Positions 45,579 to 55,748 are shown, counted from the stretch's first letter. The stretch: DNA of 64,000 nt from an uncultured bacterium (GCA_943787795.1 CALSNU010000004.1:608001-672000), one strand, 5' to 3'. Notes: generated by a model from the sequence alone, not told the origin. Made by a program: numbers and translations.

Positions 45579-46481
45579 ATGGAACGCCCCTCTATCCGAC
45601 AGCTTGAGTATCTGGTCGCCGTCGCGGACCACCTGAACTTCCGCGAGGCTGCAGCGTCCTGCCACGTCACCCAGCCGGCGCTCAGCACCCAGCTCCAGCA
45701 GCTCGAGGCGCTCCTCGGTGTGCAGCTATTCGAGCGCGATACGCGGCGCGTGGTCGCCACGGCAGCGGGCGTCCAGCTGGCCCAGGAGGCACGGGGGATC
45801 CTCTCAGCCACAGACCACCTGCTCGACTCGGCCCGGGCGGCTGGCGAGCCGCTCGCCGGCAGGTTGCGGCTCGGCGTGATCCCCACGGTGGCCCCCTACC
45901 TCCTGCCGGCCGTGGTCCGGGCCGCGCGCGACGCTCACCCCGACCTGGTCCTCCTGCTCCAGGAAGACCAGACCGACCGTATCGTCCAGCGCCTCCATTC
46001 AGGAGAGCTCGACATGCTGCTGCTCGCTCTCGACGTGGACCTGCGCGGCGCTTCGGAGCTGCCCCTCTTCAGCGATCCGTTTGTCCTCGCATGCCCCGAC
46101 GGGCACCCCCTGGCCTCAGGCGGCGTCTTGACGGAAGGCGACCTCGATGGCGAGTCCGTGCTCCTGCTGGAGGAGGGTCATTGCCTGCGCGACCACGCCC
46201 TGCCCATCTGCAAGTCGGCGGGCATGACCGAGTACGCCGACTTCCGCGCCACGAGCCTGGGGACCCTGCTCCAGATGGTGGGTGCCGGGATCGGCGTCAC
46301 CCTCGTACCTGAGATGGCCATCGCCGGAGAGCGCAACTGCAACCCCGGCGTGACCTTCCGCCCCTTCGACGAGGGCGGGCCGTCACGCTCTATCGGCGTG
46401 GCGTGGCGAAAGAGCTCCGCTCGCAAGGAGGAGTTCAACGCTCTGGCCGAGACGATCCGCTCCGCGCACCTCGCGGACTGA
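45579..46481 (+). CDS. oxyR: Hydrogen-peroxide-sensing LysR regulator OxyR
   Basis: LysR HTH (NFREAAASCHVTQPALSTQL); GVIPTVAPYLLP; LLEEGHCLRDHALPIC carrying both redox Cys; FRATSL. Confidence 0.9.
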   Translation: MERPSIRQLEYLVAVADHLNFREAAASCHVTQPALSTQLQQLEALLGVQLFERDTRRVVATAAGVQLAQEARGILSATDHLLDSARAAGEPLAGRLRLGVIPTVAPYLLPAVVRAARDAHPDLVLLLQEDQTDRIVQRLHSGELDMLLLALDVDLRGASELPLFSDPFVLACPDGHPLASGGVLTEGDLDGESVLLLEEGHCLRDHALPICKSAGMTEYADFRATSLGTLLQMVGAGIGVTLVPEMAIAGERNCNPGVTFRPFDEGGPSRSIGVAWRKSSARKEEFNALAETIRSAHLAD

Positions 46482-46501
46482 GCGCGAGCTCCACGCTCCC
46501 G

Positions 46502-47419
46502 TCAGGGGGAGACGGCGCCCGCGAGGTGGTAGTTGAGCCAGATGAACTGGGGCATCCAGTGCGACACCACGGCGAAGTCCCCGTCCCAGAGCTCGCGCCG
46601 CTCGAGGAGCTCTGCGAGCGCCTGATCCAGCTCCGCCGCGGCAGCAGAGTCCCGCGCTGCACGCAGCGACAGCGGCCAGAGCCGCGAGGCGTGCACCCCG
46701 AGCAGGTGCGTCGTCCTCATCGTCACCTCCTGGGGGAGCACGACCCGCTGATCCAGCGCGTAGGGCTCCAGCGGCGGGTCAAACGGCACGACAGAGCCCA
46801 CGAGGTAGCCCAGCGTGGGGACCCAGAGGAACTCGAAGGACCGCGGATCCACCGGGGTGACCAGCTGGGCGCGCCAGGGTGCGAGCCGCTCCTCGCGCAT
46901 CTGAAGGAGCCGCGCTCGGCCGCCCTCCGTGACGCTCCCTGCCGCCATGACCTGGTACCAGGTGAAGGCCCAGGAAGAGTAGTAGCCGATCACTCCCCGC
47001 CCCTCGATGCGGCCATCTCCCTCGAGCTCAGGGAAGGGAGCGGTCTCGAGGAAGTCGAGCAGTTGAAGCTCGGTCTCCTCCCGGAACGCGCGCGTCGTGG
47101 GCGCGACCTCTCGGTGCTGCTCAAGCTCCGCGAGCAGGCGTAGGAGCCAGCACTGCCCGTAGCTGTAGGTCAGCCGCCCCTCGAGCTCCGCCGCCATCAG
47201 GCGTTCTCGCTCCTCGGCCAGCGCCTCGGCAGGTAGCCGCCCGAGGATGCGCTCGGCGCGCAGGCTGTCGCCGTCCCGCCGCGCCTGCGCGAGGAGCGCC
47301 CAGTGCGCGAAGATGCAGGAGTGCCAGTCGTAGGAGCCGTCGAAGAGCGACCCTTGGCCGCCAACGCGCGCGACGAGGTTGGCGCTCGGCTCGGCCCGGT
47401 CGAGGCCGGCCTCCATCAC
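46502..47419 (-). CDS. DUF2891-like protein (true start probably GTG 47546 across a G9 frameshift)
   Basis: FDGSYDWHSCIFAHW, YSYGQCWLLRL and C-terminal SHW resemble DUF2891. Confidence 0.65.
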   Translation of the reverse strand: MMEAGLDRAEPSANLVARVGGQGSLFDGSYDWHSCIFAHWALLAQARRDGDSLRAERILGRLPAEALAEERERLMAAELEGRLTYSYGQCWLLRLLAELEQHREVAPTTRAFREETELQLLDFLETAPFPELEGDGRIEGRGVIGYYSSWAFTWYQVMAAGSVTEGGRARLLQMREERLAPWRAQLVTPVDPRSFEFLWVPTLGYLVGSVVPFDPPLEPYALDQRVVLPQEVTMRTTHLLGVHASRLWPLSLRAARDSAAAAELDQALAELLERRELWDGDFAVVSHWMPQFIWLNYHLAGAVSP

Positions 47420-47542
47420 GTCGAGGAGGCCAGGGATGTAGGGCGCGGAGGCCGGGAGCGCCGGGGGGGGGCATGGCAGGCGGCGCGCTACACACGAGGG
47501 ACCCCCAGAGCAGAGCGGCCCCAGCCAGGTGTCGAATCGCGC

Positions 47543-50500
47543 TCACTGCTCCGCAGCGACACCGCTCTCCCCGCCGTCGGTGCTCGCGGCCCCGTCGGTC
47601 ACCGCGGGCGTGACAGCGCCGCCGCCGAAGCGCTCGGCGAGTCCCTGGATCATCCTGTAGAGCGACGGCGTGAGGACGAGCCCCAGGATCGTGGCGAGGA
47701 TCATCCCGAAGAACACCGTCACGCCGAGGGCGACACGTGAGCCGGCGCCCGCGCCCGTGGCGAGGACCAGCGGCGCCGTGCCGAAGACGAACGAGACCAC
47801 GGTCATGAGGATCGGCCGGAAGCGCAGGCGCGAGGCCTCGATCGCGGCGTCCACCACGCCGAGGCCCGACTCGCGCTGCTCCTTCGCGAACTCGACGATC
47901 AGGATCGCGTTCTTGGAGATGAGCGCGATCAGCAGGACGATGCCGATCTGGGTGTAGACGTTGTTGCCGAAGGGCGTGAGCATCGTCCCCAGCGCCGCAC
48001 CCAGCAGGCCCAGCGGCACCGCCAGGATGATCGCCAGGGGGAGCATCCAGGACTCGTACTGCGCAGCGAGCACCAGGAAGACCAGGAAGATCGCGAGGAG
48101 GAAGATCGCGCCGGCCCCGCCGGTCGCCTCCTTCTCCTGATACGACAGGCCGTTCCACGCGATCCCGAAGTTAGGGCCCGGGAGCACCTGATTCTTGACC
48201 CCTTCGATGATGTCCAGCGACTGGCCAGAGCTGGTCCCCGGCGCGGCGCTGCCCTTGATCGAGGCGCTCGGGTAGAGGTTGAAGCGGACGATCGAGGCGG
48301 GCCCGACGCGGTCCTCCACCTTGGCCACGGAGGCCATCGGGATGATTCGCCCGTCGCTCGTTCCCATGCGGAGCTTGCCGATATCCGAGGGGACCGAGCG
48401 GGTGTCGGCCTCCCCCTGCAGGTTGACCTGGTAGGTCCGCCCGAACTCGTTGAAGTCGTTGGCGTAGGCCGAGCCCAGGTAGGTCTGCAGCGTGCTGAAG
48501 ACCGTCTGCAGGGAGATCCCCATCTGCTTGACCTTGTCCCGATCCACGTCGACGTAGAGCTGGGGCACCGAGGCGCGCAGGCTCGAGTTGACCCGCATCA
48601 GGGTCGGCTGCTGGTTGCCGCCGTCGACCAGCGCGTCAGCCGCCTTGGACAGGTTGGCGATGCCGCCGCCCGAGCGATCCTGGAGCTGCATGTCGAAGCC
48701 GCCGACCAGGCCCACGCCCGGAATCGAGGGCACCGGGAAGGCGAAGATCTGGGCGTCCGGGATCTGGTGGAAGCGGGCCATGAGGCCGGTGATGATCCCG
48801 CGCAGGCCGGTCTCCGGCGTCGTGCGCTCGTCCCATGGGTCCAGCGTCACGATGAAGCTCACCGTGGACGCGCTCGCGGCGCCGTCGATCAGCGAGTAGC
48901 CGATCAGCGCCACGCTCGCGTCGACGCCGGGCGTCTTGCTCAGCACGGCGTCCACCTTCTGGCCGACCGCGCGGGTCCGCTCCTTCGACGCCGCGTCGGG
49001 CAGCTGCGCGGAGACGATCAGGTAGCCCATGTCCTCCTGGGGCACGAAGCCCGTGGGGAGCTGCGAGAAGGTGTAGCCCCCTGCGAAGACGACGCTCAGG
49101 AAGACGACGAGGCTGATGGCGAACTTGCGCACCGCCATGCCGACCACCCCGACGTAGCCCTTGGTCGTGAGGCCGAGGAGCCAGTTGAACCCGCGGTAGA
49201 AGAAGTTCTTCTTCTGCTTCGCCGGCCGCATCAGGATCGCGCACAGGGCGGGGCTCAGGCTCAGCGCGTTGATCGAGCTGAAGACCGTGGCCGCGGAGAT
49301 CGTCAGGCCGAACTGCTTGAACATCACCCCGACAAGGCCGGGCATGAAGGAGGTCGGGACGAACACCGCGAGCAGGACCAGCGTCGTCGCGACGATCGGC
49401 CCGGTGACCTCCTCCATCGCCTTCAGCGCCGCGTCCTTGGACGAGAGCCCGCTGTCGATGTTCCGCGCCACGTTCTCCACCACCACGATCGCATCGTCCA
49501 CGACGATGCCGATCGCTAGCACGATACCGAACAGCGACAGCGTGTTCAGGGAGAAGCCCAGCGCGGACATGACCGCGAAGGTGCCGATCAGCGAGACGGG
49601 GATCGTCACGGCCGGAATCAGGGTCGCCCGGAAGTCCTGCAGGAAGACGAGGACCGTCAGGATGACCAGCACCGCCGCGATGAAGAGCGTGCTGATGATC
49701 TCCGCGATGGACGCGCGGACGACGTCCGCCGCGTCGTAGGTCACCTGGGCGCTGAGGTCGTTCGGGAAGCTGGCCCGGGTCGTCTCGATGAGCTCAGCCA
49801 CCTGGTCCGAGATCTGGATGAGGTTGGCGCCCGGGAGCTGGTAGATCGCGATGTTCGCCGCGGGGCGTCCGTTCAGGGACGAGCCCATCACGTAGTTCTT
49901 CGCTCCAAGCTCCACCCGCGCGATCTCTCCCACGCGCAGCACACGGCCGTCCTTGCCCGTTCGGACGACGATGTTCTCGAACTCCTTGACCGTCTTGAGG
50001 CGGCCCTTGGTCGACACCGTGTACTCGAACTCCGTCCCGGCCGGCGCCGGGTCCTCGCCGATCTTGCCGGCCGCCACCTGTACGTTCTGCTCCTGGATCG
50101 CCGACAGAACATCACTGGGCGTCAGGCTCCGAGCCTCGAGCTCGAAGGGGTCAAGCCACAGGCGCATGGAGTAGTCCGACGCGCCGAAGATCTGCGCGTC
50201 CCCCACCCCGTAGATGCGCTTCAGCTCATCGCGCAGGTTGAGCGAGGCCCAGTTCGCCAGGTAGACGTCGTCCAGGCTCCCGCCAGGCGAGTACACCGAG
50301 ATCATCTGGGCGAAGTCCGGCATCTTCTTGTTCGTCGTGATGCCGAGCCGGCGAACATCCTCCGGGAGGCTGGGCTCCGCCGAGGAGACGCGGTTCTGCA
50401 CCTGGACGGACGCGATGTCGAGGTCGGTCCCCGGCTCGAAGGTGATGGTCAGCGTGTAGCTGCCGTCCGACGCGGAGATGCTCGACATGTAGAGCATCTT

Positions 50501-50722
50501 CTCGACACCGTTGACCTCCTGCTCGATGGGCGCAGCCACGGTGTCGGCGACGACCTTGGCATCCGCACCGGGGTAGTTCGCCTTCACCGCGATCGTCGGC
50601 GGCGCGAGCTCGGGGTACTGCGCGATCGGGAGCTTGACCAGCGCCGTGACCCCCATCGTGATCACGATGATGGAGACCACCGTCGCGAAGATCGGACGGA
50701 GAATGAAGAACTTGGAGAGCAT
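47543..50722 (-). CDS. HAE1 RND efflux permease (AcrB/MexF-like)
   Basis: LPIAQYP, GIVVDDAIVVVEN, KNAILIVEFA, RFRPILMT. Confidence 0.96.
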   Translation of the reverse strand: MLSKFFILRPIFATVVSIIVITMGVTALVKLPIAQYPELAPPTIAVKANYPGADAKVVADTVAAPIEQEVNGVEKMLYMSSISASDGSYTLTITFEPGTDLDIASVQVQNRVSSAEPSLPEDVRRLGITTNKKMPDFAQMISVYSPGGSLDDVYLANWASLNLRDELKRIYGVGDAQIFGASDYSMRLWLDPFELEARSLTPSDVLSAIQEQNVQVAAGKIGEDPAPAGTEFEYTVSTKGRLKTVKEFENIVVRTGKDGRVLRVGEIARVELGAKNYVMGSSLNGRPAANIAIYQLPGANLIQISDQVAELIETTRASFPNDLSAQVTYDAADVVRASIAEIISTLFIAAVLVILTVLVFLQDFRATLIPAVTIPVSLIGTFAVMSALGFSLNTLSLFGIVLAIGIVVDDAIVVVENVARNIDSGLSSKDAALKAMEEVTGPIVATTLVLLAVFVPTSFMPGLVGVMFKQFGLTISAATVFSSINALSLSPALCAILMRPAKQKKNFFYRGFNWLLGLTTKGYVGVVGMAVRKFAISLVVFLSVVFAGGYTFSQLPTGFVPQEDMGYLIVSAQLPDAASKERTRAVGQKVDAVLSKTPGVDASVALIGYSLIDGAASASTVSFIVTLDPWDERTTPETGLRGIITGLMARFHQIPDAQIFAFPVPSIPGVGLVGGFDMQLQDRSGGGIANLSKAADALVDGGNQQPTLMRVNSSLRASVPQLYVDVDRDKVKQMGISLQTVFSTLQTYLGSAYANDFNEFGRTYQVNLQGEADTRSVPSDIGKLRMGTSDGRIIPMASVAKVEDRVGPASIVRFNLYPSASIKGSAAPGTSSGQSLDIIEGVKNQVLPGPNFGIAWNGLSYQEKEATGGAGAIFLLAIFLVFLVLAAQYESWMLPLAIILAVPLGLLGAALGTMLTPFGNNVYTQIGIVLLIALISKNAILIVEFAKEQRESGLGVVDAAIEASRLRFRPILMTVVSFVFGTAPLVLATGAGAGSRVALGVTVFFGMILATILGLVLTPSLYRMIQGLAERFGGGAVTPAVTDGAASTDGGESGVAAEQ

Positions 50723-50735
50723 CTAGATGGCCCCG

Positions 50736-51857
50736 TCAGCTGTCCTGCTTGATCTGGACCGGGGCCCCTGGCCGCGCCGACATCATGCCGTTGACGATGA
50801 CGCTGTCCGTCCCGTCCACGCCGGACAGGATCACGAGCCCGTCTTCCGTCTGGGGCCCGACCTTCACCGAGCGGCGCTCCACGACGTCGTCCTTGCCGAC
50901 GACGAACAGATAGGGCCCCTGCTGGTCCCGGCCGAGGGCCACCTCGGGGACGATGATCGCGTCCTTGATCGTGCCCGCCTGGAGCCGGATGAGGACGAAG
51001 AGCCCGCCCTTCAGCTTGCCCTCCGAGTTGTCGAACTTGGCGCGAATACGCAGCGTCCCGGTCTCGAGGTCCACCTCGGGGTCCACGTAGTCGACCCGAC
51101 CCTGGAAGGGGAAGCCCTCGTCGATCTCACGGGCCAGCTCGATCGGCGGCAGCTTGTCGAGCGCCTCGCGCACGCGGCCCTCCTTCTCGTCCTTCGCCGA
51201 GTACTCAAGCATGACCCGGTCCGACAGCGTGAACCACGCGTCGATCTTGGAGTCGTCGTAGATCTTCGTCAGCGCCGAGGTCCCCAGGCCGCCGACGAGG
51301 CTGCCGACGAAGTACTTGCTCTGCTCAGCGCGGCCGTCGATCGGGGCGTAGATCTCGGTGTACGAGACATCCAGCTGCTTGATCGCCAGGTTCTTGGTGG
51401 CGACCTTGACGTTCTCCACCGCCACCTTGTGCTTGGCCCGCGCCTCGAGCGCCTGCAGCTCGGAGACCGCACGATCCTTGTAGGCCTTCTCGAGCCGCGT
51501 CGCGGTGACGTCGGCGAGCTCGGCCTGGGCCTTCATGCTCAGGAGCTGCGCAGCGGCGGCGTCCCTGGCGGCGGCGAAGGGCGCTGGATCGATGCGGAAC
51601 ATCAGATCGCCGGTCTTCACCGGTTGGCCCTCCTCATGCGCGATCTCCTCCAGGACGCCGTCGACCCGCGCGCGGATCTCGACCGTCTGGACCGCCTCCG
51701 TCTGACCGCTCACCACCTCGTACCTGGTGATGTCCTTCACGAGAGGTTTCTGGACCTCTACGACGGGGGGCTTGGGAGTGATCGGCGCCGGCTTGTCGCG
51801 GCAGCCAGCGAGGCCGCCGAGCAGCCCGGCAGAGAGGAGTAGGGTGGCCGTCTTCAT
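50736..51857 (-). CDS. RND periplasmic adaptor (membrane fusion lipoprotein)
   Basis: LAG-C lipobox; VEIRARVDG, IYAPIDG, DLETGT. Confidence 0.94.
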   Translation of the reverse strand: MKTATLLLSAGLLGGLAGCRDKPAPITPKPPVVEVQKPLVKDITRYEVVSGQTEAVQTVEIRARVDGVLEEIAHEEGQPVKTGDLMFRIDPAPFAAARDAAAAQLLSMKAQAELADVTATRLEKAYKDRAVSELQALEARAKHKVAVENVKVATKNLAIKQLDVSYTEIYAPIDGRAEQSKYFVGSLVGGLGTSALTKIYDDSKIDAWFTLSDRVMLEYSAKDEKEGRVREALDKLPPIELAREIDEGFPFQGRVDYVDPEVDLETGTLRIRAKFDNSEGKLKGGLFVLIRLQAGTIKDAIIVPEVALGRDQQGPYLFVVGKDDVVERRSVKVGPQTEDGLVILSGVDGTDSVIVNGMMSARPGAPVQIKQDS

Positions 51858-51929
51858 TACCCTGAGAGGGTAGGTGTATTGGCGAGCCAGCCACAGAGTA
51901 GGGACACATTTCTGCTACCGTTCCCAGCG

Positions 51930-53486
51930 ATGACGTTCCAACTCCAGCCGCTCAGAAGCAGCTTTGTCCCGATGGCGCTCGCCGCCGCGCTCCTGCTGCC
52001 GTCCTGCAAGGTCGGGCCCGACTATGAGGAGCCCGTTCTAGAGGAAGGCGTGATCGAGGAGTCGTTCGCCGCGATCGACGACGACCCTGCCTACACCCCA
52101 GGGCAGACGGATATCACCGAATGGTGGGCGGTCTTCAACGACCCGGTGCTGACCTCGCTCATCGAGCGAGCCCAGGCGGGCAACAAGGACCTGAAGGTGG
52201 CGCTCGCGCGAGTCGAGGAGGCCAGAACCAGGGTCGACTATGCCAAGGGTGCCAGGTGGCCCGCGCTCACCCTCGGCGGCGGCGCCGGGATCTCGAGCAA
52301 CCAGTTCACCGGCTTCAAGTCTGAGACCGTCTCATCGTTGAAGGCAGAGGCCGCCTGGGAGCTCGATGTCTTCGGGCGTATCGCGCGTCAGATCGAGTCG
52401 GACGAGGCCAACTTCGAGGCCAGCGAGGAGGACCTCCGTGACGTCCAGGTCAGCCTGCTGGCCGAGGTCGCCGGTGCGTACATCTCCGTCCGCGCGCTCC
52501 AGATGCAGCTGCAGAGCGCGGAGAAGAACCTGGCGAGCCAGAAGAACATCCTGGAGCTGACGCGCTCCCGCGCGGCGAACGGGATCTCCTCGGACCTTGA
52601 CCTCGCCCGATCCGAGAGCCTCTACGCCGCCTCCGAGGCGGCCCTGCCTCCGCTCAGGGTGAGCCTCAGCCAGGCGATCTACACCCTTGGCGTGCTCATC
52701 GGTAAGAACCCCACCACCCTCCAGGCGGAGCTCACGGCCCCCGGCCCGATCCCCGTCCCCCCCAGCGAGGTCACGGTGGGCGTCCCCGCCGACCTGCTCC
52801 GGCAGCGCCCGGACATCCGCGCGGCCGAGCGCCGCCTCGCGGCCCAGACCGCCCGCGTCGGCGTCGCCACCGCCGACCTGTACCCGACCTTCGGGATCGG
52901 GGGCTCCTTCGGCGTCGGGAACGCCGCGGGCGGCAGCCTCCTGGGCGCAGGCAACACCGCCTACACCGTGGGCCCCGGGATCGGCAACTGGACGCTCTTC
53001 AGCGGCGGCCGGATCAGGAACCTCATCAAGGCCGAGGACATTCGAGTGGAGCAGGCCCTCCTCCGCTACGAGGACACGGTCCTCAACGCGCTGCTCGAGG
53101 TCGAGACCGCGCTGACCTCCTTCAGCCAGCAGGGTGACCGCGTCGGCGCCCTCGGCCGCGCCTCAGCCGCGTCCACCCAGGCCCTCCAGCTCGCCACGGG
53201 TCTCTACGAGCAAGGGCTGATCGACTACGAGCAGCTCCTCGACGTACAGCGAGATCTCCTCAACCAGGACATCGAGCTCTTCAGCGCCCGGGGCGAGGCC
53301 GCCAGCTCCCTCGTTCAGCTCTACCGCGCCATGGGCGGCGGCTGGAACCCGGAGGAGGTCGAGGCGGAGCCCGGGGCCGAGGAGGAGCTCCCCACCGAGG
53401 AGGAGCCGACCGAGGGGGATGAGTCGTCGACGCCCGCAGCCGCTGCCCCCTCACAGGGCAGCGAGGGCGACGCGGACAAGGGCTGA
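51930..53486 (+). CDS. Outer-membrane efflux lipoprotein (NodT/OprM family)
   Basis: LPS-CKVGPDY, WWAVFNDPVL, WELDVFG, PADLLRQRPDIRAAE, LYRAMGGGW; acidic tail. Confidence 0.94.
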   Translation: MTFQLQPLRSSFVPMALAAALLLPSCKVGPDYEEPVLEEGVIEESFAAIDDDPAYTPGQTDITEWWAVFNDPVLTSLIERAQAGNKDLKVALARVEEARTRVDYAKGARWPALTLGGGAGISSNQFTGFKSETVSSLKAEAAWELDVFGRIARQIESDEANFEASEEDLRDVQVSLLAEVAGAYISVRALQMQLQSAEKNLASQKNILELTRSRAANGISSDLDLARSESLYAASEAALPPLRVSLSQAIYTLGVLIGKNPTTLQAELTAPGPIPVPPSEVTVGVPADLLRQRPDIRAAERRLAAQTARVGVATADLYPTFGIGGSFGVGNAAGGSLLGAGNTAYTVGPGIGNWTLFSGGRIRNLIKAEDIRVEQALLRYEDTVLNALLEVETALTSFSQQGDRVGALGRASAASTQALQLATGLYEQGLIDYEQLLDVQRDLLNQDIELFSARGEAASSLVQLYRAMGGGWNPEEVEAEPGAEEELPTEEEPTEGDESSTPAAAAPSQGSEGDADKG

Positions 53487-53664
53487 GAGAGCAGCTCGGA
53501 CCCGAACGGGCTCGATCAAGGGGGGCGACGCGCCCGATCCCGACGACACGCCCGACGACTCCCGGAAGCGAGTGAGGGGCCGATCCCCTCCGCCGCCCGG
53601 ACGGGAGCCCTCGAGGCTCCGTGCGGATGGACGAGCGAGAGGTGATCGACGCCCCCGCCTCACC

Positions 53665-55524
53665 TCAAGGGCAGGTCTGAATCGCGAGGGCGTTCGACAG
53701 GCTCGGAGACAGGCCCTGGCTCAGCGCCTGCACCGCGAACTGACCGCTGGAGAGCGCCGTCCATCCAGCGGCGCCGGGGTGCCACGGGAGGAGAGCCGCG
53801 CCCCCCGGCCCGGCCTGCCCGTGCGCGATCACGCGCCGACCGCCGCCGAGGCAGAGGCTCCCCGCAGGCACGCCCATCGGCAGGCCGCGCTGGCCGCCCA
53901 CGAGGGCGACGGTGGCGCCGGGCGCCGCGTCGGTCAGCACGAAGTGCAGGCTGCTCGCTGCCTGCGGCGGCATCAGCTCGAGCTGCGGCGCGCCGGCTCC
54001 CTGGTCGCAGAAGGACACCACGTCGAAGCAAGGACCGGTGCCGTCCAGCGGCACCCGGGTGTAGGGAGCGCTGATCGGGAGCGTATGGCCATCGACGGTC
54101 GCGGTGTGGGTGGTGACCAGGTCGATGGACGTGCGCCCCGGCTCCAGCAGAATCGAGACGGTCCAGGTGCTGCCGCTCCCCACCATCTCGGCCCAGTTCT
54201 CCGCAGGGAAGAGGTCGTAGAGATACCAGGACGATCCGTCCGGGCCGCGGTCGTACATCCAGAAGACGCGGCTCTCCTCGGGCTCGCCGCCCTCGGGGAA
54301 GGTCACCGTGACGTCGAGCTCGGCGCCGTTGACCACCGCGGAGATCTCGGGCGTCTCGAGCCCGCCCTCGGCGCCGAACAGCTGCTCGGCGAAGAAGGCG
54401 CGGTTCACGCTGCTCCTGGGCGCCTCGGGGTGACCTCCGCGTGCGTGCCCGCCGTTGGGGACGATGTAGGTCCGCAGGCCGGGCAGGACCGTGCTCGTGT
54501 CGTGCACGTCGTGCACGACCCAGTCGTGGGAGCCCGGGAGGCTGAAGATCTCGACACCCCGGTCCGTGAGCTGCTCCCAGTTCTCGCTCACGTAGAGGTC
54601 GTCGGCGACGCCGTCGAAAGCCGCCCGCATCTCCGCCTCGGTCCACCCGTAGGCACGGACGGCCGCGCGGAACTCGGCCCCGGACCGAAAGCCCTTCAAG
54701 TAGTGGTCCCATGGCTGATCGCCGGCCGGGAGGCCCGCGGCCACGGCCAGGTCGAACTCCTCGTCCGCCGCGACGACCTCGGCGACGGCGTCGGGGTCCC
54801 CGGCTCGAACGGGAGTGAGCGCCGTGAACGCGTGTGTGCTCCGGACCGCCGTGATGCGCACGTCGTGGATGGACGAGATCAGGGGCGCGATGCCGTTCTT
54901 GGAGTTGCCGTGCGCGATGACCGGGCCAGGCTCGAACAGCGAATCGTCGAAGGCCGCGGTGATCGAGCGCATCATGATGGAGCTCCACAGGAAGAACTCC
55001 GTGTAGCGGTAGTCGAGGGTCTCGATGAAGCGACCCCTCAGCACGAACTCTGAGGGGAGATCGGGGTAGTTGCCGAGCCCGGTGATCATCGGGGTGACGA
55101 CCCCGACGCCGCCGTCGATGGCCAGCGCGGTCCCGTCGCTCACGAAGAGCTGCTGGTCCCCCACGGTATCCCCCCCCCCGATCACGAAGCCGCTGACGGT
55201 GCCCGTGAGGGGGACCACGAGCCTGACGGGCACTCGGATCTCCACGCCGGCCCACCAGTCGTCGACGTGGATGTCGATGAGCTTCTGGCGGGTGGTGCCG
55301 CCGACGCTGTCGACGTGCCAGTCCTCCAAGACGACGACGTCCAACGTGCTCACGTCGGTCATGGTCGGCATGTGGAAGGGCTCGTCGAGGGTGGGGCCGC
55401 TGAGCTGAACCGAGCCCGTGGCGTCGGAGAACACCGTGTTCTGCGAGAGCGCCGCGGGCGTCAACAGGAGGGCCAGGGCGACGATGCTCCTGGCAGGGAG
55501 CGCGATCAGGATCGTGTTGGTCAT
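53665..55524 (-). CDS. Secreted protein, probable alpha/beta-hydrolase (PqaA-like) with Cys-containing C-terminal tail
   Basis: Signal peptide ending ALS-Q; IAHGNSKNG nucleophile-elbow-like motif, later GSHD and VPNGGH; tail ending LSNALAIQTCP. Confidence 0.5.
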   Translation of the reverse strand: MTNTILIALPARSIVALALLLTPAALSQNTVFSDATGSVQLSGPTLDEPFHMPTMTDVSTLDVVVLEDWHVDSVGGTTRQKLIDIHVDDWWAGVEIRVPVRLVVPLTGTVSGFVIGGGDTVGDQQLFVSDGTALAIDGGVGVVTPMITGLGNYPDLPSEFVLRGRFIETLDYRYTEFFLWSSIMMRSITAAFDDSLFEPGPVIAHGNSKNGIAPLISSIHDVRITAVRSTHAFTALTPVRAGDPDAVAEVVAADEEFDLAVAAGLPAGDQPWDHYLKGFRSGAEFRAAVRAYGWTEAEMRAAFDGVADDLYVSENWEQLTDRGVEIFSLPGSHDWVVHDVHDTSTVLPGLRTYIVPNGGHARGGHPEAPRSSVNRAFFAEQLFGAEGGLETPEISAVVNGAELDVTVTFPEGGEPEESRVFWMYDRGPDGSSWYLYDLFPAENWAEMVGSGSTWTVSILLEPGRTSIDLVTTHTATVDGHTLPISAPYTRVPLDGTGPCFDVVSFCDQGAGAPQLELMPPQAASSLHFVLTDAAPGATVALVGGQRGLPMGVPAGSLCLGGGRRVIAHGQAGPGGAALLPWHPGAAGWTALSSGQFAVQALSQGLSPSLSNALAIQTCP

Positions 55525-55748
55525 GGGCTCTTCTCCCTTGGTGCCAAGGGCGATGCAGGCAGAGTCGGCGGGTTCGCTGGGGTGCCCGTGTGGGCGGTGC
55601 TTTGAACCCAGGCACGGAGCGCCGGTTCCGATCGAACCGGGGATCCTCAGGGGTCCCTGTGGCCGCGTCGGCCGCGGACGCGAGACGCGGCCGCGGGACG
55701 GGAGCGCCGGGGCGCCCCGGGACAGCGAGGACCGAACCGGGCGGGGGC

